This document shows, piece by piece, positions 45,335-59,713 of a stretch of 64,000 nt of DNA (position 1 is the stretch's first letter; the number at the start of each line of letters is the position of its first letter). Where the stretch lies: contig OZ024742.1 of the NCBI GenBank assembly GCA_964016885.1, forward strand, positions 179,180,001 through 179,244,000. The letters are read 5' to 3'. Made by a program: the position numbers and the translations under genes. Source of the stretch: Eledone cirrhosa. Lineage: Eukaryota. The notes beneath the pieces are model-generated. The model ran no database searches. It saw nothing but the letters and a program-made list of their open reading frames with translations, and was not told where the DNA came from.

Positions 45335-45820
45335 GTCAGATCTGACCAACGAAATAATGATTCCATTGAACTTTCCATTGCTGATATTATCTGCCAATTA
45401 CAACTCTTGTCAGAAGAAAAGAACTGATCTGACGAAATAAACAATGTTTCCATTGAAATTTCCATTGCTGATATTATCTGTCGAGAAAAACACCTTTCCA
45501 TTGCTGATTCTGTATGTCAATCACAATTCCTGCCAGACGAAAGGAGCTATTCATCAGATCTGACCAAGGAAATAATGTTTCCATAGAAATTTCCATAGCT
45601 GACACTATCTGCCAGTTACAACTCCTTGCAGAGGAAAAGGCTGATCATAAGATCTGACCAAGGAAACAATGTTTCCATAGAAATTTCCATAGCTGAAACT
45701 ATCTGCCAGTTACAACTCCTTGCAGAGGAAAAGGCTGATCATCATCTGACCAAGGAAACAAGGTTTCCGTTAATCTTTCCATTGCTGATATTAACTTTCA
45801 GTTACAGTTTCTGGCAGAAG
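45335..45820. repeat. Tandem repeat, unit roughly 90 bp, about 5 degenerate copies
   Basis: Recurrent atctgaccaaggaaacaatgtttccatagaaatttccatagctga... Confidence 0.8.
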
Positions 45821-46512
45821 AAACAAAATAGAATACAATCTTTTATTCAAGACACACATTCCAAAATTAAACCCACACCCTTACGATTATGAGTGACCTT
45901 GATCACTTAGTCACGGGCATTTACAGGATTCAAACAGCTAATCACGTAGCTCATAGTATAATTTGAGGATTTAATATTTACATCAACATATTACGCCAAC
46001 AATGAACGATTGGGTGACGGATCGATAGAATATCAACTCATTTAACATTATTAGCGATGGATCAAGTTAATAAAAGACGCCTACTACAAGTTGAATCTAC
46101 CAGTTTTAATGTTTTACTGTATTGTGTTGCAAGCAAGTACTATTCGCCAACATATACATACATATATACATATACACATATGCACACACATTCGCACATA
46201 CACGTATATATATATATATATATTTAAAAGAATAGAGGTGTGTCACACGAGTTGTGGTATATTAGTAAAAGGAAAAGAAAATGCTGACAAATATTTCCCG
46301 GTGAAAAATAGTTTAATTAGAAATAAGTATAAATTAGTAATAAGTATTGGTTAGTATTCAGTTTTAGTTTTAAGTTTTTACCGGTTGCGCATTCTAATGC
46401 TTTTCAAAAATAATTTTGAGATAGAGCGCCCGTGATGTTTGCTCTGATCTGGATTACTTATTCCTAATTAAACTATTTTTCACTGTGAAAAATTTGTCAG
46501 CATTTTCTTTTC

Positions 46513-46567
<55 letters not shown>

Positions 46568-46619
46568 GGGGAGAGGTAGAACACTGGAAGGTAAAATTCG
46601 TCCATGGGACGATTTTGGT

Positions 46620-46856
<237 letters not shown>

Positions 46857-47107
46857 TATATCAGGAAGCTATCCAGGAGGCTCCAACCGCTAAGGTTGTC
46901 TTTTTTCCGGGTATGTCAATATTTATTTATAAAACAAATCTGTATTTTATCTAATGAAAGCGTACCATAATTTGACTTGGTTGCCCTTGAAATATGTATA
47001 ATAAAATAAATATGGTTTTATAAATATAGTTTCCATTTATTAATATATTGTATATATATATATATATATATATATACTTGTATAGTTACATACACATATA
47101 TATGTAT

Positions 47108-47159
<52 letters not shown>

Positions 47160-47228
47160 TATGAAGAGAGAAGAAACATTTAGATATAATTAGTAATAAA
47201 ATGTATCATACCTAAACTGTTCCTAAAT

Positions 47229-47316
47229 TCCTCGACTACGTAGTTTCGTGGCATAAACAAAAACAATATATCAAAGATATAGAGTCCTTGCGAGGTCTGC
47301 CGACTTATCAAGAGGA
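47229..47316 (-). ncRNA. Hammerhead family D (U3-A8 core), diverged copy
   Basis: Reverse complement: tcctc TTGATAA gtcggca...tgccac GAAA ctacgtag TC gagga; loop II differs from the 11238-11330 copy while core and stems are identical. Confidence 0.8.
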
Positions 47317-47625
47317 TACCTCATTTTACTAGTCTCAAGAACGCGTCTACACGACGTGAGAAAGAATCCCAAAAGGCGGAGGGGGAGATAGTCACGCGAT
47401 ATAACGGTCGAGAAACAGAGCTAAGCCTCTTATAACCACGAAGAAAATACCACGGAGGCGGAGGGGGTATTCATATCGAGGCCGCAGAAGAGGTAGTGAA
47501 GAAGGCGAGAAGTATGAGTAATGGAAGCTTTCCAGTTGTCCCCAGGTGGCACCCTTAACTCACAGTTGGGTGCGGATGCATTCATGTATATATGTGTGTG
47601 TCCGCATGTATCTGTGTGTTTCTAA

Positions 47626-47707
<82 letters not shown>

Positions 47708-47713
<6 letters not shown>

Positions 47714-47945
47714 ATTATAAAGTGAACAACACAATATATAACTACTCCATTACCAAAGGTTTCAGGACACTGAGGTTAACCTCTCTGTCTGAGGAACGAT
47801 CTAGACGTATGTTAAAAATGTCTAGGGTCCTGAAACCTTTGGTAATGGAGTAGTTATATACTGTGTTCCTCACTTTATAATTAAATATCTCTGTTCTATA
47901 CATAGAGCACTCATTTTACTTTGTTTTTTCTTCGGAAATACTTAT
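47708..47945 (+). mobile_element. Fold-back PLE terminus relic (family J)
   Basis: 47708-47768 is inverted against 47827-47888; flanked by TA repeats. Confidence 0.75.
47784..47849 (+). ncRNA. Hammerhead (family J)
   Basis: tctgt CTGAGGA acgatctagac...gtctagggtcct GAAA cc-ttt-gg TA atgga. Confidence 0.65.
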
Positions 47946-48594
47946 ATATATATATATATATATAAGCCTAAGAAAATATCTATATGCGTGTGCAATTTAT
48001 ACAAGCATATATTTATTTTTTTTATTTTCAATTGAGTTCTTAAACACGTTGGATTGATAATGTTTTCAAAAAAACTAATTAACCCGCGTGTATATTATTT
48101 TTTTCCCCTCATTTCGTGGATCGTGGGTTGTCTCCCCTTCCCGCTTCGGGTCGCTATGATACTTTCTCAGTCAAAAACTGCTGGAATTTCAAACTTGGCG
48201 GTCATTCGAGGTGAGAGAGAGCAACTTTACGGACACGATTTTTGACAGCGGTAAGAAATTGTTTTCTTATATCAATGTTTAACGGGCTTCCACTGATGAT
48301 TTATAAGTGCCCACCTAAATATATTCTTACATGAATATATATTAGGCTTCTACAAAAACTGGAAACCTTCTCCCAACTTGTAGAAAACTTATAATGAAAC
48401 AATTGTTTGGAAAGAGAGATATACTTTAACTTTAATTATATCTCATAAAATAATACAACTGGTTTTTCCACATTATACATATTGTTAGCACCCCAAACAC
48501 TTAAATTGGGTTTATATTTTAATATAACCTAATGTTTGTTGAGTGAGATGGTTACCAGTCAGAGTTTAGCTTTAAACTATCTCTGTTATTGTAT

Positions 48595-48636
<42 letters not shown>

Positions 48637-49085
48637 TAAAGTACATTGGCATATGGTTGGACAATACATGTGTCCCTGGACGCTTTTTGCGTGTAGGGAT
48701 ATATACTTTATTATTATTAATCTCCTCTTGGTCGAAATAAAAATTTGGTCGTTTTGACTGCTGCTATTTATAGTGGTAGTAGACTGATCTCCCTGCCTCC
48801 GCTTCTATCTTTACACACGGCACTGGACAGAATTGCTTCCACATCATTCATTCTCATCTCGGGAACAATTTTGAATAGCGCCAGTTCGTAATTTGAACTC
48901 GGGAATTTTATATTCTCCGAGTGAAAAGAACCTTCTGACGAGAGTTTATCTTTAAAATGGAAGGCCGCAAGGACTGTCCATTTATTTTTGAGACTCGAAA
49001 CCAATTCGGTAAAGGTAACCATAGTGAGTACAGTGAATTTTTTGAAATTTATTTTGAAACATTTTCTTATTTGCTAAACCTTGAT

Positions 49086-49117
<32 letters not shown>

Positions 49118-49435
49118 TATATACATATATATATATACATATATATATACATATATATATATATACATACATAAAGGATCGATCGACTTTCGTCAAATCG
49201 GACCGAGGAAACAATGTTTTCGTCGGTCTTTCCAGTTGCTAATACTATCTATCAGTTGCAACTCCAGGTAGAAGGAGCAACGTGAAATAAAGTGTCTTGC
49301 TCAAGGACATAACGCATTGCCTGGTCCAGGAATCGAACTCACAATCTCAAGATTGTGAATCCAATTCTCTAACCACTCAGCCACACGCCTTCACTATATA
49401 TACATATATACATATATATATATACATATATATAC

Positions 49436-49596
<161 letters not shown>

Positions 49597-49621
49597 TACA
49601 TATATATACATATATATATAC

Positions 49622-49796
<175 letters not shown>

Positions 49797-49827
49797 CATA
49801 TATATATACATATACATATATATATAC

Positions 49828-49858
<31 letters not shown>

Positions 49859-49859
49859 C

Positions 49860-49956
<97 letters not shown>

Positions 49957-50557
49957 CACACACAGACAAACACACACATCAAAATACCCTCCTCGGTATC
50001 ATGTTTAGTATTCTGTTTCCCATTTAAATATATTCTGCCTAACAGCTGTAAACGATTTATCCACGTATTTTCATGTGAACCTTAGATAAAGTAACAATGT
50101 TTATCCGCTGCACTTCCTTCGCATGACTTAACACAACGGGCTTTATTTTGATACCAAAACCCGTGAAATGACCCCTGCTTCTACAACACAAAATTGCTTA
50201 TTTTAAAGAGTTTATATTTATCTAAAACCTTCCATCATAATTTTATGTAATAGCCTTTCTTAAGTTATGTTCCAAATACAAGCATAACAGTGATATTGTA
50301 ATCTTACTATATCAATCCATATATTTAATTATTTTCAAAATGATTTGAAATTCTATGCAATGTATTTCATTAAAATATAATAATGGTATGATTAAATTGT
50401 ATACATATATCTAAAAATCTTCCACCATAATTTTACGTAAGGACATGTATTAAGTTATGTTCCTAACATCAGCTTAATAATGCTAAAGTTACGTATATTA
50501 CTAAATATGTCCACATATTTCATTATTTCCAAAATGATATGAAAGTCCTAGGTAATA

Positions 50558-50961
50558 TCTATATACTACTAAAACTCTGGGATTGCTTGCTTGCTTGCTT
50601 GTCTGTAATGTAATACAGCCGAAAGGGCGCATAATGTGAAAAATGCTTTGAAAGGAAGTTGACCCTGAAATGGGAATACAAATGGAATAAAACAAGTTTC
50701 ACATAAATCGGAGCCCGTGTTCCCGAGATTTGGGATTTTTCCGGGTACCTTCATAAATAAAGAGAGAGAAGGATAGAGAAAAAGAGATAGTGGTTTTGAG
50801 AGAGTAGATTGAAAGAGAGACATAGAGAGAGGGAGAGGAGACAAAGAAGGAGGATGGAAGAGAGAGAGATGGTGGTGTTGTTGTGTGTATATATATGTGA
50901 GTGTGTGTGTGTGTGTGTGTATGTGTGTGTCTATGACCAGTGTATATAGATAACAGACACC

Positions 50962-51014
<53 letters not shown>

Positions 51015-51184
51015 TTAAATATATACATACACACACATATATTTATATGGGCCTTCCAGTTTAATTTCACATTATATACATGTCTGTGTATATTTTAATT
51101 ATTTAAACATTATTTTTAAGTGAACATGATTGTTAAAAAATATTTTGAAATACTAGACCCGTTGGGTTACGGGTGGTCTACTAT
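50558..51184 (+). mobile_element. Non-autonomous Helitron-like element
   Basis: A|TCTATATACTACTAAAA start with nearby (GCTT)n; 3' hairpin acccgt-tgggtt-acgggt followed by ggtctaCTAT|t (imperfect CTRR). Confidence 0.5.
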
Positions 51185-51648
51185 TTAATTAGAAGTATTA
51201 ATGGGAACGAAAGAGTTAATAAGGAATGAGAAGAAAAAATAGAGAAAATGAAATTCAAATAAAGGAAAAATGCGTAATCTATGGAGGAGTGAGAGCCCCC
51301 GGTGACCGTCAAGGCCGGTGTTTGTGTTGCTGTATGACATACACCATGATATTCGTGTACCCCATGCAAACTGATGTTTGCTGCCCCTGGCGCCCCAAGC
51401 ACACTTACATATAAAACGTTTCACCAAAAGTTTAAAGCTGCAAAAGCCGCCTTACTTTAACATCACCGACTAGCCCCTGAGTGTATTTAGTCTGGTTCGA
51501 TAATATCTCCCTCCCTTTCTTCCACAAGTCTCTAGTCCACTGAAAGCATTCATGTGTACTACTCTTCTAATCCTGAATAAACGTGAAATATATACAAAGA
51601 GAAAAATCTGAACAACGCATCAGAGGTCCAATACTTTCATTAATATAC

Positions 51649-51692
<44 letters not shown>

Positions 51693-52033
51693 ATAGAGGG
51701 ACCCTATCTAGGCGTCGGAGCTACGAATATCTGGTTTTTACGGTTAACATCTCTCTTGTTGAAAGACATCATGCGACTGCATGAAAGAGTTTTGGCTGCT
51801 ATTATTTAGGGTATGTGTCTCTTGGTGTATATTTGTGTATATGTGGCATGTCTAACATAGACACAAGACTCTCTCATTGGAATGTACACAACATCAAATA
51901 GGTAGATATGTATGCATGTCTGCATGCATGCATGTGTAGGTATGGATGTTATTGTATGTGTGGATGTGGATATTTTGAGTTGTAGGTGTGCATGTGTATA
52001 TGCTTTGTATCTGTACATGCGTATATACAGTTA

Positions 52034-52510
52034 TTAGATGTAACATTTTTGGAATGTTTTACATATATTTACTGTTCCATTAATGGATTGTATTTGTAAT
52101 TTCTTAACTAGTTGTGTTCTTTCTGTTTCTGTGAAGCTCAGCTTCTCAAGATGTGTATTGAGGCAGTTACTAACATATCCCAGTGCCCCAATAATCACAG
52201 GCATAAATCTGAAGGTGTAATCAGGGTGGAGTGTCTGCATATTTCTCATCAGTTATGCATAAATATTCTCCATTTCGTTAACCTTTGATATTATATGGGC
52301 ATCTGCTGGGCAGCTAACTTCCACTACTGTGCATGCCTTCTTTAATCTGTCCCATATCATTATATCTGGTCTATTCTGCCTGCATTTTATTGGGTTTTTT
52401 ACTGAAACATTCCACTAGTACTCATTTATATTATGTATATGTATGTCTTCCACATTGCTGTAGCTTTTAACGTGTTTATCATCGAGGCTATCTTTTCTAC
52501 GGATTGCATT
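52034..52510 (-). mobile_element. Decayed Dong/R4-clade non-LTR fragment (restriction-like endonuclease)
   Basis: NRPDIMIWDR..VVEVSCPAD..MRNMQTLHPDYTFRFMPVIIGALG..ICKTF. Confidence 0.8.
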
Positions 52511-52526
52511 GTACGTACGTATGTAT

Positions 52527-53745
52527 GTTATCTCTTTCTCTTATTTTCGAGTATATTATTTGACCGGCCACCTTCCTGGTAGCAAGGTTGTAAAAGAAAA
52601 GAAATTGTCATCCCTTGAATCGCAAGAATGTTTTGCAAATTTTGAAGGTGCCAGCTATCGCAGCCATTTGTAGACTGTGAATTAGGGAGCTGCGCTCTTT
52701 GTCCGCAAATCTAAGTTCAGTCATACTTTGGTCCAAGCGGGTTGGTATATAACCCGTAGCTCCAATAATGATGGGTATAAAACTAAAGGTGTATCTTGGA
52801 TACTGTATTTGTAAACTCCTCATCAATGGTCCGTAGATGTCCTCCTCCTTCTCCTGTATTTTTCTGACAACGTTTACATCAAGTGGGCAGCTGATCTCAA
52901 CAACAGAACACGTTTTCAATGTGTGGTCCCACACAACAATATCAGGCCGGTTGTGCTTTAATTTGGTGGCAGTTTTTATTTTCAGGTTCCACCAGTATTC
53001 CTTAGTACCATCTATCTCAATATATTCTTCCTCGTTTGTTGTTAATTTTGTTTTCCGAAGAGCATTCCAGATAGTTCTAGCTATCCCATCGTGTCTCATG
53101 GGGAGGTAGTAGCGAGATGACATTCTTTCGCAGCTGGCAACAATGTAGCTTACATCTTCGATCTTTGTTTTACATAGCCTACATTTATTGTCAGCTGATG
53201 GCCCTCCTCTTTTGTGCAGCAGATATTTGGTAGGGAGTTATTTTTCCTGTATTGCATAGAGATATCCTTCAAGGTGTGATGTCATAAACTTGTCGGAACT
53301 CCATGCCAGGCTTTTTGAGTGGTTTATACCCTCTATGGTCTGTGGTTTACGTCTCAAATATCCATGCACAACTTTTTCTGTAAATTGGTCAATTTTTTCA
53401 TCTTGTTTGAACATTGAATAGGATCTTCCGATTTCTCGGGATGAGATATTTATATCAGGCTTTATTCCATATCTCTCCTCCAGATCAGTGGCTATTCCAA
53501 TGATATTTTTTTTTCATGCTCATAAACCTTGGAAAGATGGTTGCCAATCTTTTTCCACTGTTGAAGATGTTGCTTCAGTGTTACTATTCGGGTCTCATAT
53601 GATGTTAATATGGATTTTAGACCCCGGCCTTGCGTGAGAAGTATAGCCTATCCACATCACAATTTATGTTAAAGTTCCTAGTAACACTGAGAAGTTTGAG
53701 AGTTCTAACATCCATCTCACTTAGTTCTTGCAATGACCAGTCAGC
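52527..53745 (-). mobile_element. Dong/R4-clade non-LTR fragment (thumb, CCHC-like knuckle, RLE)
   Basis: DVDRLYFSRK..CRLCK..EDVSYIVASC..RHD..NRPDIVVWD..VEISCP..K..Y..PIIIGATG..ICKTFL; bounded by (CATA)n/(TATG)n. Confidence 0.85.
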
Positions 53746-53788
53746 ATGTATGTATGTATGTATGTATGTATGTATGTATGTATGTATG

Positions 53789-53819
<31 letters not shown>

Positions 53820-53835
53820 TGTATGTATGTGTCTA

Positions 53836-54470
53836 TGTCAGGTCACCAGTTGGTGCTACTGGTAACATGTATCCCAATACAACCTGTCTCATGGTCGGGT
53901 CGTTGGCGACTAAACTGGCAACCCCACCAAGGTTTCTTGGTGAGGAGGGTGACTTTGGACATCCTGCAGGACTAAAAAAAAAACCTCTCAAAGGGCAAAG
54001 GAGCTCTTAAGAGTCAATGGCCATCCAAAATCACCGGGAGAGATGACCCCTTAGCCTTTGTCAAGGCAGAATTCTAGGAGAAGGAAAACTCTGATATAAC
54101 ACTTGCAACCCTGATGGTATCCAATGATGTTGACTTGTTCTTCTTTTTGGTAAATATCATCTTGGTTAAGAGTGTGGGACTGGCTTTGTGCAGTGCCTTT
54201 GCTCACTATAAAAGCTTCACGGCACAGGCATTGCTTTATATCTGGAGATCTCTCTGCACTTGTCATCACATGGTACCAAGGGCCCAGCACAATGTGTCAA
54301 TAATTGTCACAAGTGTAGTGTTTGTACCAGAGTTTTCAAGTCGCTGGCTGGACTAAAAAGTCACACTCGTACAGCGCATCGGTAGGGGTTCTTCTACATG
54401 GATATAAAGTAGTGGCCGTACTCGAAAACGAGTTGGCAGCCACCATGTATTATGTATGCATGTTTATGTA
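53836..54470 (+). mobile_element. Bipartite RTE-derived non-autonomous element (5' UTR + 3' end)
   Basis: RTE 5'-UTR-like CTAGGAGAAGGAAAACTCTGAT at about 54074-54095; C-terminal C2H2 HKCSVCTRVFKSLAGLKSHTRTAHR* at about 54308-54385; 3' hairpin actcg-aaaa-cgagt and (ATGT)n tail. Confidence 0.65.
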
Positions 54471-55163
54471 TATGTATGCAAGTAAGACTGTTGATTTCCC
54501 TAAACTTTAAACATAACACTCAGAAGATACTGTAAATTAAAAGCCGACTTGCACTTATAATTCCCACTAAACCAAACCCTGAACCGCATCCCTATATACC
54601 GTAAATCAACCATGGACCGCACCAGTCACCGGAATGGGGAAGACAGATGTTATCAAGCTGCAGTTATCATGTTAAGTAGTTTCTGTAGAAAAACTATTAA
54701 TATGTGCAGCGTCTACAACCCCATTACATAATAGGCGGTGCTCTCCCCTTCCTTTGAATCCCTGAAATATAAACTCCCATATGTATGTATGCATGCATGA
54801 CCACTGCTTGGTCGAATGTTTAAGAAGTTTGCTCCACGCCCAGGATGTAACGTGTTCGATCCTCCTGCTTGACATCTTTGGGCAGTGTCTTTTGCCATAG
54901 CCCTACCCGACGAAAGTCTTGCAGGTGAAATTAGACATGCGGAAACAGTGTAAAAGTCTGTTAGTTGTACCGTACCTGTATTTCATTGGGCTGGCCTTTT
55001 TATACACCCTGTATCACTTTGAATCTCTCTAAAAATTACGTTATCGGTATTTGTGACGTGGGGTGAAATACCCAAACACTTTCACGATAATTTTATCAGT
55101 AGCCCATTTCGTTGATCGAACATATGACACTCTCATCGGCGAAACCGATGGACGTTAATTTAA

Positions 55164-55230
<67 letters not shown>

Positions 55231-55431
55231 TATGTACACGTACATACATACATGTATACAGACGTACAGTAGTATGCATATATATATACATACATGCACA
55301 CATATATATATGTACGGATGGATTCACCGAACATTTATTATAATGCTCGGTGTGTTTGTAAACAAACATCCCGTATTAAGCCGTAGTGTCTAGCAAACAT
55401 CGTTGCTTGATTGTTCAACACTGACAAAGGA

Positions 55432-55474
55432 ACGCTATACTGGTTTAAAGCTTATCAGCTATCGTCAGCAACGT
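55432..55474 (-). ncRNA. Decayed hammerhead, family H
   Basis: CTGACGA retained; GAAA changed to TAAA. Confidence 0.5.
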
Positions 55475-55597
55475 ATACCTTCCTGCCAGATTGTTGAACG
55501 TATATACTTACCTTATGCATATTAACGGCTGAGTAGCCCAATTTGCATATTAACAGTCGTACTAAGAGTGGGAATGAAATCTCGTTTCATTTTTTCC

Positions 55598-55640
<43 letters not shown>

Positions 55641-56129
55641 ACATGGTATGCAAATTCTCGAAATTTCGAAGTGCTGAGGATTTAAGAAGTTCATAGAAAA
55701 TATAAGAAACTGAGATGCAGAAATTATCTGTGAACAGAGTTAGTTGCCATAAATTGTAGCTTAGAAAATTGGGTAAAACACTTCTGTATGTATGGTCCCG
55801 TAACTTCTGATAGAGTAGTAGGGGCGCCGTGTTGACATACGGCGTTTCATGGTCATTTTAAGCCTGGCGGAGCCCATACCTCTCCAGGCCTGAGTACAGT
55901 ATATTTCTTACAGAAAGAGAAAGGATCGACTCCGGTACTAGACTGGTACTTTTTTATGGACCTCGAAAGGATGAAAGGCAAAGTTGACATCGGCGGAATT
56001 TGAACTCAGAAAGCAGAGAGCCGGGACGAATACCATAAAGCATTCTATCCGACGTTCTACTTCACCGCCTAAAATACCCCTGTAGATGGAAAAAATCGTT
56101 ACCAGCTATTTTATAGGCTATTATTAATA

Positions 56130-56540
56130 TAGCAGCCAAGGGCGGTGGATTGGCAGTATCGGTAGAGGGTCGCAAGCCATGCTTTCCACCATAGTTACGC
56201 CCCTTTACGATCTGAGTTCAAATCCCGCCGAGGTTGACTTTGCCTTCCATCCTTACGGGGTCGATAAAATAAAGTACCAGTCATGCACTGGATAATTGCT
56301 GGCCTTGTGCCTATAGTAGAAATAATTATTAACATAGCAACCAAGGGCGATGGATCGGCAGTATCGGTAGAAGGTCGCAAGCCATGCTTTCCAGCATAGT
56401 TACGCCCCTTTACGATCTGAGTTCAAATCCCGCCGAGGTTGACTTTGCCTTCCATCCTTACGGGGGTCGATAAAATAAAGTACCAGTCATGCAATGGGTA
56501 ATTGCTGGCCTTGTGCCTAAAGTAGAAATAATTATTAATA
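56130..56540 (+). mobile_element. Tandem dimer of Meta-like SINE
   Basis: Two ~205-bp units sharing private variants (gcaagccat, gccttccat, gtcatgca). Confidence 0.9.
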
Positions 56541-57093
56541 TACCAACCAAATGTTATTTTCTGCTTTTGAATTTCTACATTTTCTATGTAATTTATATAC
56601 GTATGTTTGCCTGTACAATTATGCAGGTTCATTTACTTTTATAAATAAGTATGTATGTCTGCATATCTGTATGCAGGTCTCTGCTTGTGCATGCTTGTGT
56701 ATGCATGTAAGCACGTTTACACAAGGCATGCAGGTGTGAGCTTTTTTGCATGTGGCAATTAAAATGTATCGTTCAAGATATAAGCTAGTGCCGCCCCCTT
56801 CAACCACCCAGGTCACAGCACCGACAACTCTTGTCATATAACATTTCCTTTACATGTAAATCGTGGCAGTAAAGGCGATAAGCGATGTCAGACATTTGTT
56901 TGTGTTTCATTGACCAAAGAAAAGAGAGCGTTGGTAATTTCTTTCTTTAAGCATTCTGATAAAAAATACAAATAATATCAAAAAATAAAACAGTGAAATA
57001 ATTATAATTGGTCATAGTTTACATATTTTATATAGTGTATATATACTATATGCTTTGTATTAGTGGTATTGAGGGAGTGAAACAGATACACAC

Positions 57094-57124
<31 letters not shown>

Positions 57125-57168
57125 TGTATGTATGTATGTATGTATGTACCCACACAAACACATTCATT

Positions 57169-57266
<98 letters not shown>

Positions 57267-57397
57267 ATGAGTGAAAGAGAAAGAAAGAAAGAGTAAAACA
57301 TATGTATATATGTACACACATGTATACATATGTGTATCTGTCTGTTTATTTGTCATGTATTAACTATATTTACACATGTGCATATATATGATACACG

Positions 57398-57431
<34 letters not shown>

Positions 57432-57577
57432 CGCGTACATTATAATACATACATACATACATACATATAGAGATAGGCAGAAAAACTAATGTAAATCGGT
57501 CCTCCATCGGTTTCGGCGATAACACTTCCAGTTTTTCGATCAATTGAAATACTAACACATTGAATTATTAGGTAAAT

Positions 57578-57772
57578 AGGGCGGTGGATTGGCAGTATCG
57601 GTAGAAGGTCGGACAGCATGCTTTGACTCATAGAGTTACGGCCCTTTCCATTCTGAGTTCAAATCCCGTCGAGGTTAACTTAGACTTTCATCCTTACGGG
57701 GTCGATAAAATAAAGTACCAGTAATGTACTGGGTAATTGCTGGCCTTGTGCCAAAAGTAGAAACAATTATTA
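57578..57772 (+). mobile_element. tRNA-derived Meta-like SINE
   Basis: Full-length match with A-box-like TGGCAGTATCGG and B-box GAGTTCAAATCC. Confidence 0.88.
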
Positions 57773-58176
57773 TGTAAATGGTTGAGAATTTCAAAGTCCC
57801 TATATACTTCACGGAATTCTTATGGAGATTCCACGTCACAGTGTACAACATGGCTGGCCTTTTGAATTCCATATAAAATCCATCCAACAGGCTTCCCTCA
57901 CATTTCTCGCCTACCTAACTTCAATCATGATATTTAGGTTAACTTGTGGCTATGCTGAAAGTTAGCTTAAGATGCCACCGAGTGTCTCGGAACTGGGATC
58001 TCATGATTGAAAACCGAATGTCTTACTCACGCTGCCATGCCGACACCTATATATATACACATACACTCTCTCACACACACGCACACACACACACACACAC
58101 ATACACACACATACATACACACAAACATACAAACACACACACACACACATACACACACATACATACACACAAACAT

Positions 58177-58208
<32 letters not shown>

Positions 58209-58288
58209 CTATATAGATATACATATGTATTTGCCACGCTGCCATGCCGACACCTATATATATACACATACACTCTCTCACACACACG

Positions 58289-58351
<63 letters not shown>

Positions 58352-58694
58352 ACATACACACAAACATACACACACACATATATATATGTCTATATACACA
58401 TACATATGTATACGCACTAACAATAATACAGCTTGCCGGAGACACGTGTGTGTGTTTTGCCTTTCAACCTTTCGAGGTCGCTAAAATAAAGTACTAGTCT
58501 AGCAGTGGGGGTCGTTTCTTCCTCGAAATCTATTTCGCAATTCCTCTCCCTCATTCTCAATCCTTCTCTGGAAGAAATTTGTTCAGGCCTGGGGAGAGTT
58601 GGGCTCCGCCAGGCTTTAAAAGGCTCAAGAATCACAGTATGTCACTATAGCACGCCTACGACTCTACCAAGATTTACGGGACGAGAAGAAGAAT

Positions 58695-58751
<57 letters not shown>

Positions 58752-58759
58752 CATATATA

Positions 58760-59283
58760 TATTATAATTGTTTCTACGTTAGGCACAAGGTCAGCAATCA
58801 CCCAGTGCATTACTGGTACTTTATTTTATCGACCCCGTAAGGATGAAAGGCAAAGTTAACCTTGGCGGGATTTGAACTCAGAATGGCAAGGGCCGTAACT
58901 CTATACGTCAAAGCATGGCGTCCGACCCTCTACCAATACTGCCAATCCACTGATTATAATAATATATAATTGTTTCTACGTTAGGCACAAGGTCAGCAAT
59001 TACCCAGTGCATTACTGGTATTTTATTTTATCGACCCCGTAAGGATGAAAGGCAAAGTTAACCTTGGCGGGATTTGAACTCAGAATGGCAAGGGCCGTAA
59101 CTCTATACGTCAAAGCATGGCGTCCGACCCTCTACCAATACTGCCAATCCACTGATTATAATAATATATAATTGTTTCTACGTTAGGCACAAGGTCAGCA
59201 ATCACCTAGTGCATTACTGGTACTTTATTTTATCGACCCCGTAAGGATGAAAGGCAAAGTTAACCTCGGCGGGATTGAACTCA
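58760..59283 (-). mobile_element. Tandem array of about 2.6 SINE units (period about 202 bp)
   Basis: Near-identical repeats starting at about 58765, 58968 and 59170. Confidence 0.9.
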
Positions 59284-59444
59284 AGATTATAATAATATAT
59301 AATAATATATGTGTGTGTGTGCGCGCGCAAGAAGGAAATTGTACGTTATCAGGTCGCCGATGAGGTAGAAATGCTGTTGTCCGTGTTCGCCTTATGAAAT
59401 AGTGTTTTGTTTGTGAGTGTGCGTGTACATATATATATATATAT

Positions 59445-59620
59445 AACAAAGAAGGTGTGGTAAGATACCAGGTGGACCATAACGCACCAGAGTACTCAAT
59501 ACTTGGGGTAGTAGAGTAGGTAATATGAAAAGATTCAGGGCCCCGACGGCTGAGCCCCGGCCGTTTCGACAGCTAGATCCGTCGAAACGGCCGGAACTCA
59601 GTCGTTGGGGTTCTGAATCT

Positions 59621-59628
<8 letters not shown>
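59445..59628. mobile_element. Fold-back relic of the 8901-10270 PLE family
   Basis: 59524-59571 is inverted against 59581-59628. Confidence 0.7.

Positions 59629-59713
<85 letters not shown>

Noticed and set aside
45335-45820. CRISPR-like array
   Set aside because: Eukaryotic context; the inter-repeat sequences are themselves repeated; no cas genes.
53836-53935. HDV-like ribozyme at the 5' end of the RTE-derived element
   Set aside because: Only a P3/L3-like acc-tgtctcat-ggt is seen; I could not build P1, P1.1 or P2 by eye.
56140-56230. tRNA genes
   Set aside because: The A/B boxes belong to SINE heads; no cloverleaf forms.
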